Positions 37,308-45,515 of a stretch of 61,892 bases of DNA are shown piece by piece. Each line of letters begins with the position of its first letter. The first letter of the stretch is position 1. Source of the DNA: a virus (taxonomy: Duplodnaviria > Caudoviricetes). The notes below the pieces were generated by a model. The model had not been told where the DNA came from. It saw only the letters and a list, made by a program, of their open reading frames with translations, and ran no database searches. Made by a program: the position numbers and the translations under genes. Where the stretch lies: positions 1 to 61,892 of IMG/VR virus record IMGVR_UViG_3300036945_000312; one strand, 5' to 3'.

Positions 37308-37315
37308 TATTAGTT
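37302..37315. promoter_or_regulatory. 14-bp palindrome, copy 10
   Basis: Perfect; supplies the AAC-TAA stop, precedes the next RBS. Confidence 0.8.
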
Positions 37316-37334
37316 CACCAACCAAGGAAATAAA

Positions 37335-38225
37335 ATGAGCATCACAACAATCGCCGGAGTCGCACGGGCCGCTATGTTAGTAGACCTGAACATCAAGGTC
37401 TACTCGGGTCGTAAGCAAGATCGCAAGACGCAGGAGGAAGTCACCACGGCCAAGGGCTCCGGCTCCAAGCGTGCCGCCTCTGTGTACAAGTCGCTGTTCG
37501 CAGACTGTAAGGAACTGGACGACATCACCAAGTACCAAGCCCGTGTCCGTGCAGAGCATTACCGCCTGACTAAGCCGTGGTCAGATAACGGCCAGCGCCT
37601 GCTGCCTACCAAGCTGCTGCTTGAGTACCAAGGGGCTATGGCTAAGTGCAAGACGGAGTTCGAGTTCCTTGTGGACAAGTTCGTGGTCAAGTACGACACC
37701 CTCGTGGCGGCGGCTGCGTTTCAGTTGGGCACCTTGTTTGACCGCGACGAGTACCTGCCCGGTAGCCAGATCGCTCGTAAGTTCGCCATCGAGACATCGT
37801 TCAGCCCACTGCCCACTGCGGGAGACTTCCGGGTAGACATCGAGAGTGAGGTACAGCAGCAACTGATTACGCAGTACGAGGCTAAGGCACAGCAGTTGCT
37901 GGCTGACGCCAATCAAGACTCATGGTCTCGCCTGCATAAGGTACTGACTAACCTGAGTGATCGGTTAGTTGTTGAGGAGGACGGTACCAAGCGCAAGTTC
38001 CACGATACCTTGGTCACCAATGCCGAAGAACTGTGCGAGTTGCTGGACGCTCTGAATGTTACGGCTGACCCTGATCTGGAGCGGGCACGGCGCAAGCTGT
38101 TAGATGCCATGACGGGCGTTACTCCCAAAGAACTACGCACAGAGGACAGCACTCGCCTTGAGACTAAGCGCAAGGTAGACGCTATCTTGGATGCCTTCGA
38201 CTGGGGTATCTCTGATGGAGCCTAA
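37335..38225 (+). CDS. DUF3150-like helical protein
   Basis: AMLVDLNI..SGRKQD, TKPWSDNGQRLLP, LNVTADPDLE; accompanies the AAA/VWA pair. Confidence 0.65.
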   Translation: MSITTIAGVARAAMLVDLNIKVYSGRKQDRKTQEEVTTAKGSGSKRAASVYKSLFADCKELDDITKYQARVRAEHYRLTKPWSDNGQRLLPTKLLLEYQGAMAKCKTEFEFLVDKFVVKYDTLVAAAAFQLGTLFDRDEYLPGSQIARKFAIETSFSPLPTAGDFRVDIESEVQQQLITQYEAKAQQLLADANQDSWSRLHKVLTNLSDRLVVEEDGTKRKFHDTLVTNAEELCELLDALNVTADPDLERARRKLLDAMTGVTPKELRTEDSTRLETKRKVDAILDAFDWGISDGA

Positions 38226-38547
38226 GGAGTGGGATAAAGTAAAACGGCTCGACGCACTGCATCAAATAAAAACTTTCTATATGACCCCTGATGACCCTTA
38301 CCACTCGCACCGCTACGAAGAGCGGGCAGAGATGTATTCCCTGCGTTCATGGAATGAAGCCACCCGAGAGACTACGGATGAGCGTCTCATAATCGACCGC
38401 CCTGCATGGCTATCGGATATCATAAATGTAGCCGCTGTTGGGGGGCACTTACAACGCCCTCCGATATACCCGCCCACTTGCATTGTCTGGTTCCGCACTG
38501 ATGCGGACCACAAGCTTGTGGATTTTATTGACTTTACGAAAGCATAA
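38215..38547 (+). CDS. Hypothetical protein
   Basis: Start moved to ATG 38215 (MEPKEW). Confidence 0.6.
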   Translation: MEPKEWDKVKRLDALHQIKTFYMTPDDPYHSHRYEERAEMYSLRSWNEATRETTDERLIIDRPAWLSDIINVAAVGGHLQRPPIYPPTCIVWFRTDADHKLVDFIDFTKA

Positions 38548-38549
38548 CG

Positions 38550-39044
38550 ATGATCTACGACAACCTATCCGACGCGGAGCTTATCCGCGAGGCTGACAAC
38601 CAGAATGTACAGGGCCTTACCAAAGCCCTAGCCGAAAGGCTTGAGATGCGGCAGCAGCCTCCGGGCTCTGTATTCCACGACCAAGCCACGTTCATGCGGG
38701 CTTGCGGACAAAGTACTGTGGAGAGTAACGAGGTGCAGGCCAAGTTGTATTTCAACCTACTGTACGAAGAGTTGGATGAGCTAATGGAAGCGCGGGTAGA
38801 CCGTAATGAAGTTGAAGCCTTTGATGCAGTGCTGGACTGCATCGTTGTGTTGATCGGCTTAGGACTATCATTTGGCTGGCCTATGGAAGAGGGTTGGAAA
38901 GAAGTTGTTCGGTCTAACTTCGACAAGATAGATTCAGCTACCGGCAAGGTAACGCGCCGCGACGATGGCAAGATTCTGAAGCCCGAGGGCTGGACCCCTC
39001 CTAACCTCGAACTAATATTAGATGAACATGGAGCGTTGAAATGA
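38550..39044 (+). CDS. MazG-like / PRA-PH nucleotide pyrophosphohydrolase
   Basis: EELDEL, DAVLD, EVVRSNFDK, RRDDGKILKPEGW. Confidence 0.85.
   Translation: MIYDNLSDAELIREADNQNVQGLTKALAERLEMRQQPPGSVFHDQATFMRACGQSTVESNEVQAKLYFNLLYEELDELMEARVDRNEVEAFDAVLDCIVVLIGLGLSFGWPMEEGWKEVVRSNFDKIDSATGKVTRRDDGKILKPEGWTPPNLELILDEHGALK
39010..39023. promoter_or_regulatory. Near-perfect palindrome copy (13/14, intragenic)
   Basis: AACTAATATTAGAT read as E-L-I-L-D. Confidence 0.6.
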
Positions 39045-39214
39045 CAACCGCTAAACCTGCAGCACCTGCGCCCCGCATCAAGCAACCCAACGAAGCGTTG
39101 CCCCAGCAGAACAGCTACAAAACATCTGTCTACAAGATAGGTGACGGAGATAGGTTTGCCCCAGTGCGCCCCGGTGCATTGGACTTCCTCAAGTACAAGT
39201 CGAAAGGATTTTGA
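39041..39214 (+). CDS. Hypothetical protein (57 aa) with RPGAxDF motif
   Basis: MTTAKPAAPAPRIKQ...RPGALDFLKYKSKGF; GGAG RBS, ATGA overlap. Confidence 0.65.
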   Translation: MTTAKPAAPAPRIKQPNEALPQQNSYKTSVYKIGDGDRFAPVRPGALDFLKYKSKGF

Positions 39215-39215
39215 T

Positions 39216-39473
39216 ATGAGCCCGGATATTGCACAGCAAATTATCGACACACTACACGCCCGGATTGACGATCTTATGGCAGAGCGTGACCGGCTGCTCT
39301 ACGAAGTGGGCGCAATCCCCGCGATCAAAGCAGAGCGTGATGCACTGATGGCGGCTGGGAAACTGGCCTTGGATTTTGTCGAGTGGGTATGGCGTGACGT
39401 GACGCTGAATGAGTTTGGCGAAGATATGCGTCTGAATGTTGAGATTGCACTACGTCAGGCGGGTGTGCAATGA
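39216..39473 (+). CDS. Hypothetical protein
   Basis: Start moved to ATG 39216. Confidence 0.6.
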   Translation: MSPDIAQQIIDTLHARIDDLMAERDRLLYEVGAIPAIKAERDALMAAGKLALDFVEWVWRDVTLNEFGEDMRLNVEIALRQAGVQ

Positions 39474-39721
39474 GCTTGCTACCCCTACCAAAGAAAATCA
39501 TCCTGCACACGCAACTACCTGACCACTATTGGTACGGTGATGTTGTCGGGCATACCGACGCAGCCATGCAAGCATACGGCCAGCAATGCCGAGATGCTGC
39601 GTTAAAGGAATCTGCACAGATTTGTGACGCCTACCACGGCACCGCGCTCACGCCATCTGATTGTGCGAACGAAATCAGGAGAATGACAGGCACAAGCCAA
39701 AAGACGAGGCAACAAAAATGA
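39470..39721 (+). CDS. Hypothetical protein
   Basis: ATGA-coupled; MQAYG motif. Confidence 0.6.
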   Translation: MSLLPLPKKIILHTQLPDHYWYGDVVGHTDAAMQAYGQQCRDAALKESAQICDAYHGTALTPSDCANEIRRMTGTSQKTRQQK

Positions 39722-39864
39722 TTCGCAAAACACAAAGCGTATTCAAACGGTTTATCCGCACGAAAAACGGAAGCCATGCAGAGACTGTGCTGCGAGAAAC
39801 GTGGCTCTTGCTGTGGCTGGTGCCGATCTATACACGAGATTCGGTTTTGAGTCACACCCTGTGA
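39718..39864 (+). CDS. Hypothetical protein
   Basis: Start moved to ATG 39718; WLLLWLVPIY. Confidence 0.55.
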   Translation: MIRKTQSVFKRFIRTKNGSHAETVLRETWLLLWLVPIYTRDSVLSHTL

Positions 39865-39890
39865 TGGTTAACGCAAAAAAAGGAAATGAA

Positions 39891-40301
39891 ATGACAGACA
39901 CAAGCCGAGAGGCATTTGAAGCGTGGGCATTGCCAATCCGCGGGGATAACGCAACATGGAAAGAAAGTGGTGAGTGTGAATTAGCTTGGCGGGCTTGGGA
40001 CGCATCAAGGAAGCAAGCGCAGTCGGTGGAGCCAGTGGCTTGGGTATTTTTGCCAAACCGTGAGTTGCTTTGGCCCGATGAAGTAGAAGCAACGAACCCG
40101 ATAGCTATTGACGAGTACAAGCCCCTCTACGCTCACCCAGTCCCACCAGTGCAGCAAGTAGCAGTGCCTGCAACGGATAGTGAAATCTACACGGCATACA
40201 TCGCAGCCACAAATCAAACACTGAGACCTCAAGATGAAAGGCTCGCCCTCAAGTTTGCCCGAGCAATTGAAGCCCATCACAAAATAGGAGCAAAGCCATG
40301 A
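39891..40301 (+). CDS. Hypothetical protein (REAFEAW / EPVAW mosaic family)
   Basis: Start moved to ATG 39891; EPVAW..PLYAHP, FARAIEA. Confidence 0.65.
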   Translation: MTDTSREAFEAWALPIRGDNATWKESGECELAWRAWDASRKQAQSVEPVAWVFLPNRELLWPDEVEATNPIAIDEYKPLYAHPVPPVQQVAVPATDSEIYTAYIAATNQTLRPQDERLALKFARAIEAHHKIGAKP

Positions 40302-40534
40302 TGCCACCACTACCCGAGCCATTCCCTGCTGGCTACATCGCGCAGACAGAGTATTTCTTTACGGCAGACCAGATCAAAGAGTACGGCAAAGCATGTGCAG
40401 CGGCAGAGCGAGAGCGCCTTTTACAGATCGTCTACGAGCAAGCAACTCCGTTCGGTACATCGGGCGAATGCATTTGGATCGCTGTTAAGTCGCAAGTGCG
40501 ACACGTACCCAAAACAGACTGGTCGGCAGCATGA
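40298..40534 (+). CDS. Hypothetical protein
   Basis: AGGAG RBS, PPLPEP, ADQIKEYG. Confidence 0.6.
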   Translation: MMPPLPEPFPAGYIAQTEYFFTADQIKEYGKACAAAERERLLQIVYEQATPFGTSGECIWIAVKSQVRHVPKTDWSAA

Positions 40535-40884
40535 CCGCATCAGATCAGATTAAGCTGGCGCTGGACGATATCGGCCCTATGTCGTCATTAGAACTACGCA
40601 GGCTGCTAGGGTTCAAACAAACGAAGGCCCAAAAATACATCAGGGAACTGCGTGAGGCAAAGCAGATTCACATCTTGCGAAACGATCATCAGCCTGACGG
40701 GACGCGAGGTAGATTTGTGCCCGTCTATGCGATTGGTGAGGGAGCGGCACCCCCGCAGGTCCGACCAGTGACAAATGCGATACGCAACCGGCGATACCGT
40801 CAGCGGCACGCAGCCATTCTGTCGGCTCGTAGATACCCCCATGTCCGGCAAGCGGCGGGTGTGTGGGCGGGGTTGATGCAGTGA
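40531..40884 (+). CDS. Putative winged-helix DNA-binding protein
   Basis: GPMSSLELRRLLG...KYIRELREAKQIHI. Confidence 0.55.
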   Translation: MTASDQIKLALDDIGPMSSLELRRLLGFKQTKAQKYIRELREAKQIHILRNDHQPDGTRGRFVPVYAIGEGAAPPQVRPVTNAIRNRRYRQRHAAILSARRYPHVRQAAGVWAGLMQ

Positions 40885-41069
40885 TGCCAAGACCTAAACC
40901 CCCCGAGCCTTGGAACGCAGGGCACTACTCTATGAGGCTAACAACCCCACAAAGAATAGCACTTGCCCATCTGGGCGGTGCTAGCTGGATTCGAGAACAG
41001 ATTGACAAAGCAATAAAGGAACGTGGCGATGACTTACATTCGCGTAGTAACCAAAAACGCTGCGACTAA
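40884..41069 (+). CDS. Small ribbon-helix-helix-like protein
   Basis: YSMRLT..QR..L..LGGASWIREQID. Confidence 0.55.
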   Translation: MPRPKPPEPWNAGHYSMRLTTPQRIALAHLGGASWIREQIDKAIKERGDDLHSRSNQKRCD

Positions 41070-41427
41070 CCCCATAGCCCGGGCAGTTGCAAGGCAGCAG
41101 TTGAAGAAGTATCTGCTTGGTACGAAGATTGCCCTGTTCATGATAGTGCCGGGTGAAGAATATAAGGAGCGGCTAGAGGGTATAGTGAGTACGTTAGAGC
41201 CTATGATTATGGCTTCGTGTATCGAGGTTTCGGAACGGTTCGCTGATCTGAAGGCCCCGATACTTAGCATGAGAGCAGGGCGAGACGTATGCGTAAAACT
41301 ACTTACAGAGGGAACCTACGATCCTACGCAGGCCCCAGTAATCTGTAACGCATTAGATGCCGCTGAAGAAGTGAACCCTAAAGTTAGCCCCTTGTCCATG
41401 CAGAAAGCCCTCTATGAGTTGTCCTGA
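41023..41427 (+). CDS. Hypothetical protein
   Basis: 134 aa, AAGGA RBS. Confidence 0.6.
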   Translation: MAMTYIRVVTKNAATNPIARAVARQQLKKYLLGTKIALFMIVPGEEYKERLEGIVSTLEPMIMASCIEVSERFADLKAPILSMRAGRDVCVKLLTEGTYDPTQAPVICNALDAAEEVNPKVSPLSMQKALYELS

Positions 41428-41629
41428 TCCCGCACTGAACACAACGCGCACCGCTGCCATTGATCGGAACTACCACTGGATACCGGTCAGTGAGCATACC
41501 CCCCGAGGGGTGAAGCTGCAGCTAATCAACAAGGCGTCAGGCGTAGCCCACATGGGGCTGTACTTCAGGTCCGAGAGCTATTACACCCACTGGGCACCTC
41601 TGCCCACCTTTAAGAAGGATGTTGAATGA
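41414..41629 (+). CDS. Hypothetical protein (DUF551-like)
   Basis: WIPVSE...THWAPLP. Confidence 0.65.
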   Translation: MSCPDPALNTTRTAAIDRNYHWIPVSEHTPRGVKLQLINKASGVAHMGLYFRSESYYTHWAPLPTFKKDVE

Positions 41630-41859
41630 GAAATGAAAAGGGCCAATTTGTAAAGCGTACCGAGGTTGAAGAGGTTCCCTGTACCTGCCCACCTGACTCT
41701 CCGTTCCTCTGGTACCAGAACCGCCACAAGCATTCAGGTTTAGCGGAACCTGCGTGGGTACACAAGGTATCGCAGAAGGCTACGGATGCGCTTGCCAAGC
41801 GCAGGGCTGCAGGTACGGAGGATGCGTTTACGTTGCGAGGAAGCTTGCAAAATGGATGA
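41626..41859 (+). CDS. Hypothetical protein
   Basis: RNEKGQF N-terminus, coupled start. Confidence 0.6.
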   Translation: MRNEKGQFVKRTEVEEVPCTCPPDSPFLWYQNRHKHSGLAEPAWVHKVSQKATDALAKRRAAGTEDAFTLRGSLQNG

Positions 41860-42025
41860 CTCCAACACCCCCGCATTTGAAACGTGGACTCGCAAAGACC
41901 TTGATGAGTTTGCCCATACGGTACACGCCCGAGTCATCGAGCTTGTGATGCAGAACCTGCAGCTACGGATTGATTTGAAGCGGGCCAACCAAGAACTAAG
42001 TAACTATAAGGACGACTGGAAATGA
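41852..42025 (+). CDS. Hypothetical protein
   Basis: Start moved to ATG 41852; PAFETW..DLDEFA. Confidence 0.6.
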   Translation: MDDSNTPAFETWTRKDLDEFAHTVHARVIELVMQNLQLRIDLKRANQELSNYKDDWK

Positions 42026-42258
42026 GCGCATTAGACAAACAAGAAGGTGGCGATCACTACAAGAATTTGATGATTCAACCCATCACATACATCCATGCCA
42101 ACGACCTAGATTTCCTGCAGGGCAACGTGGTTAAGTACATCACCCGCCACAAGGACAAGAACGGTGCTGCCGATGTTCGTAAGGCGTTGCACTACTGCCA
42201 ACTAATATTAGAACTACAGTACGAGGAGACCCCAGATGGCAACTACACCCGAGAGTAA
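42022..42258 (+). CDS. DUF3310 / T7 gp1.7-like nucleotide kinase domain protein
   Basis: QEGGDHY, IQP, GNVVKYITR, DVRKALHY. Confidence 0.85.
   Translation: MSALDKQEGGDHYKNLMIQPITYIHANDLDFLQGNVVKYITRHKDKNGAADVRKALHYCQLILELQYEETPDGNYTRE
42200..42213. promoter_or_regulatory. Near-perfect palindrome copy (12/14, intragenic)
   Basis: AACTAATATTAGAA read as Q-L-I-L-E. Confidence 0.5.
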
Positions 42259-42529
42259 AATTAAAGCGGCGGTTAAGAAGATACTTAACGCCCATGATGT
42301 GTATTACTTCCCCCCTGCTACGGCAGGGTACGGACGCTCCGGGGTTCCGGATATCGTCTGCTGCATCATGGGACGGTTCCTCGCTATCGAATGCAAGGCA
42401 GGCAAGGGCAAGACTACGGCATTGCAAGACCGGGAGATAGAGGCTATTAGGGATGCAGGCGGTATTGCTATTGTGGTTAACGAGGACAACCTTGACGCGC
42501 TAGTCAAAGTTCTCAAGGGGCTTGTATGA
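42236..42529 (+). CDS. VRR-NUC nuclease / resolvase-like
   Basis: PESKIK, GVPD, AIECKA, TALQ. Confidence 0.88.
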   Translation: MATTPESKIKAAVKKILNAHDVYYFPPATAGYGRSGVPDIVCCIMGRFLAIECKAGKGKTTALQDREIEAIRDAGGIAIVVNEDNLDALVKVLKGLV

Positions 42530-44427
42530 GTACGTTAGTCACGTTGGACTTCGAGACGTTCTACGACCGAGAGTTCAGCCTATCTAAAATCAGCACCGAA
42601 GAGTATGTGCGTAGCCCCAAGTTCGAGACTATCGGCTTGTCCGTCAAGCTAGGGGATGGGGCTACTACATGGTATCCGCAGCCTGAAGTAGCAGGGTACT
42701 TGGCCTCTGTAGACTGGGCGGACAAGTTCATCATTGCACAGAACACAGCGTTCGACGGGGCCATACTGAAGTGGCGCTATGGGGTTAACCCTAAGGGCTG
42801 GATGGACACGCTGGGTATGTCCCGTGCGTTGTTCCCGCATGACAAGTCGCATAGCCTGAAGGCACAAGCAGAACGGCATGATATCGGCGTCAAGGGTAGT
42901 GAGGTTATCAACGCGCTGGGTAAGCGTTATGCAGACTTTACACCTATTGAGCTAGACCGCTACGGTGAGTACTGCTGCAACGACACCGAGTTAACCTATA
43001 AGTTATTCCACACCTACATGGGTATGGGGTTCCCCCGCATTGAGCTAGAGTTGATCGACCTCACCCTGCGTATGTTCCTCGACCCCGTGCTGCTGCTCGA
43101 CAAGCCAGTGCTGCAGGCCCACCTAGCGGAGGTTAAGGAGATCAAGGAAAACTTGCTTGATACAGTGCGGGACATGATGCTGACAGATGGTGACCCGGAG
43201 TTCACGCATCAGGTGTTCACAGAAGGTACGGTAGGCATCAAGAAGCTGCTGATGAGCAACGACAAGTTTGCTGCGGTACTGCGTAAGTTTGATGTGGAGC
43301 CGCCAACTAAGATTAGTCCGACCACAGGCAAGGAAGCCTACGCGTTTGCCAAGACCGACGAGGCGTTCAAGGCGTTGGAAGAACACCCTAGCGTAGAAGT
43401 TCAGGGACTTGTGGCTGCACGGTTAGGTAACAAGAGTACGTTGGAAGAGACCCGCACAGAGCGGTTCATTGGCATGGCGGATCGTGGGGAGTTCCCTGTG
43501 CCCCTGCGGTACTACGGGGCACACTCAGGCCGTTGGAGTGGGCAGGACTTTGTGAACCTCCAGAACCTGCCCTCACGAGGAGCCAACGCAGGGAAGATCA
43601 AGAAGGCTATCATCGCGCCCCCCGGCCATGTAGTTATTGACTGCGATTCCTCGCAGATCGAAGCCCGTACGCTGGCGTGGCTGGCAGGGCAGGATGACCT
43701 AGTGCAAGCCTTCGAGAACAAAGAGGATGTGTACAAGATCATGGCTAGCCGTATCTACAACATACCCGTATCGGAGATTACCCCGGGGCAGCGTCAGGTA
43801 GGCAAGGTAGTTATTCTGGGTGCAGGCTACGGAGTTGGGCACGTTAAGCTGCAGGCGTTTCTTAAGCAGCAAGCCAAGGTAGAGGTTACCTTGGACGAAG
43901 CCAAGCGCATCATCGACGCATACCGGGCGACATACTTCCGCATCCCTATGTTGTGGAAGTCTGCGGGTAACGCACTCAAAGCATTGGCGTTGGGCCAGTC
44001 CATGCCAGTGGATGTACCGGGCGTGGTCAAGGTAGTAGCAGGCGAGGGGTTCAGCCTTCCGAACGGCTTGTTCATCCAGTACCCAGACCTTAGGCGCGTG
44101 GTTATGCGGACCCCACAGGGCGAAGAGAAGCAGCAGTGGTCATACCGATCCAAGGGACTTCCTGTGTACGTCTACGGGGGGAAGGTAGTGGAGAATTTCT
44201 GTCAGGCTGTAGCCCGCTGCGTTGTAGCAGAGCAGATGCTGCGTATCGCCAAGCGGTACAAGGTGGTGCTGACTGTGCATGACGCTGTAGCCGTGGTGGT
44301 CAAGCAGGAGGAAGCCGCAGAAGCCCGGGCCTATGTAGAAGCGTGTATGTCGTGGCGTCCCAAGTGGGCTCCGGGTTTACCCTTAGCGTGTGAGTCAGGT
44401 ATGGGAGCTTCGTATGGAGACTGTTAA
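42526..44427 (+). CDS. polA: DNA polymerase family A with 3'-5' exonuclease
   Basis: Exo LDFET and NTAFD; GRWSG..NLQNLP; motif A DSSQIEAR; motif B RQVGK..LGAGYG; motif C VHDA. Confidence 0.95.
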   Translation: MSTLVTLDFETFYDREFSLSKISTEEYVRSPKFETIGLSVKLGDGATTWYPQPEVAGYLASVDWADKFIIAQNTAFDGAILKWRYGVNPKGWMDTLGMSRALFPHDKSHSLKAQAERHDIGVKGSEVINALGKRYADFTPIELDRYGEYCCNDTELTYKLFHTYMGMGFPRIELELIDLTLRMFLDPVLLLDKPVLQAHLAEVKEIKENLLDTVRDMMLTDGDPEFTHQVFTEGTVGIKKLLMSNDKFAAVLRKFDVEPPTKISPTTGKEAYAFAKTDEAFKALEEHPSVEVQGLVAARLGNKSTLEETRTERFIGMADRGEFPVPLRYYGAHSGRWSGQDFVNLQNLPSRGANAGKIKKAIIAPPGHVVIDCDSSQIEARTLAWLAGQDDLVQAFENKEDVYKIMASRIYNIPVSEITPGQRQVGKVVILGAGYGVGHVKLQAFLKQQAKVEVTLDEAKRIIDAYRATYFRIPMLWKSAGNALKALALGQSMPVDVPGVVKVVAGEGFSLPNGLFIQYPDLRRVVMRTPQGEEKQQWSYRSKGLPVYVYGGKVVENFCQAVARCVVAEQMLRIAKRYKVVLTVHDAVAVVVKQEEAAEARAYVEACMSWRPKWAPGLPLACESGMGASYGDC

Positions 44428-44461
44428 AATACCGCCTCAATCAACTGAATAAAGAACACTC

Positions 44462-45121
44462 ATGGCACTCGCATTTTCTTATAGCGCGATCAAGGACTTT
44501 CAAAATTGTGCCCGCAAGTACCATGTGGTTCGTATCCTAAAGCAGTACAAACAGACGGACACCACGGCTACCCTGTATGGGACTGCTGTGCATACCGCAT
44601 TCGAGAATTATGTAAAAGATGGCACCCCATTACCTGAAGCTTTTCAACACTACCTGCCTTTCGTGGAACCTCTTGCCAAAATTGGGGGAGAGATCAAATG
44701 CGAACTCAAGCTTGGGATTCGCAAAGACTTTACACCATGCGAATTCTTCGCCCCGGATGTATGGTTCCGGGGGTTGCCCGACTACCTTGCGCTCAACCAT
44801 GAAAAGGGAATTGCAAGAGTCGTAGATTACAAGACAGGCAAGTCCAGTCGGTACGCAGATACAGATCAGTTAGAGCTTATGGCCGCAATGGTCATGGCGC
44901 ACTACCCCAAGATTAATACCGTCAAGGGGGTGCTTCTATTTGTCGTTGCCAAGGACGCTGTTAAAGCGGAATATACCCGTGCCCAACTCCCCGAGATTTT
45001 CTCCAAGTGGGCGGGCCATGCAAGTATGATCGAGGCTGCACTGGAAGCGGGTGTATGGAATGCCCGACCAAGCGGACTCTGCGGGTTCTGTCCTGTAGAG
45101 TCCTGTGAGCATCACAGATAG
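44462..45121 (+). CDS. PD-(D/E)xK Cas4-like exonuclease
   Basis: SYS..F.NC, GTAVH, VDYKTGK, QL, C-terminal CGFC..C. Confidence 0.88.
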   Translation: MALAFSYSAIKDFQNCARKYHVVRILKQYKQTDTTATLYGTAVHTAFENYVKDGTPLPEAFQHYLPFVEPLAKIGGEIKCELKLGIRKDFTPCEFFAPDVWFRGLPDYLALNHEKGIARVVDYKTGKSSRYADTDQLELMAAMVMAHYPKINTVKGVLLFVVAKDAVKAEYTRAQLPEIFSKWAGHASMIEAALEAGVWNARPSGLCGFCPVESCEHHR

Positions 45122-45127
45122 GAATAT

Positions 45128-45415
45128 ATGGCTACCAAACCACGTAACTATGCCGCCGAGTACGCTGCATACCAAGGCACCCCCGCACAGATCAAGAACC
45201 GTGCTGAACGGAACAAGGCCCGTAGGGACTATGAGAAAGCAAACGGCAACCTGCCTAGTGACATGGACGTAGACCACAAGAAGGCTATGTCCAAAGGTGG
45301 GGCTACCAAGCTGGGTAACCTTCGAGCGGTTACCGATAACGCCAACCGTAGTTTTTCCCGCACCAAGACAGGTGCAATGAAGTCTCAAACAAGCAAGCGG
45401 GAATCCGCTAAGTAA
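45128..45415 (+). CDS. HNH-like basic protein
   Basis: DVDHKKAMSKGG...NLR....NR. Confidence 0.75.
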   Translation: MATKPRNYAAEYAAYQGTPAQIKNRAERNKARRDYEKANGNLPSDMDVDHKKAMSKGGATKLGNLRAVTDNANRSFSRTKTGAMKSQTSKRESAK

Positions 45416-45426
45416 AGTAGTATTCC

Positions 45427-45495
45427 AGAGACGCTTGCCATTTGGCGTCTCTCCTAGTTGGTTTTGCACGGTAGCTCCCCCTACCGTGCTTTTTT
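45427..45495 (+). ncRNA. Candidate small RNA / attenuator: hairpin, anti-SD-like linker, terminator
   Basis: AGAGACGC/GCGTCTCT stem, CTCCTAGTTGGTT linker, GCACGGTAG/CTACCGTGC stem plus T6. Confidence 0.45.
45466..45495 (+). terminator. Intrinsic terminator upstream of the helicase
   Basis: Perfect 9-bp stem, 6-nt loop, T6. Confidence 0.8.
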
Positions 45496-45515
45496 CGTCC
45501 GTGAAAGGATATCCC

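Noticed and set aside
45128-45415. MSKGG as another xxxGG tag
   Set aside because: It is part of the standard HNH DH-x4-KGG motif in an early gene
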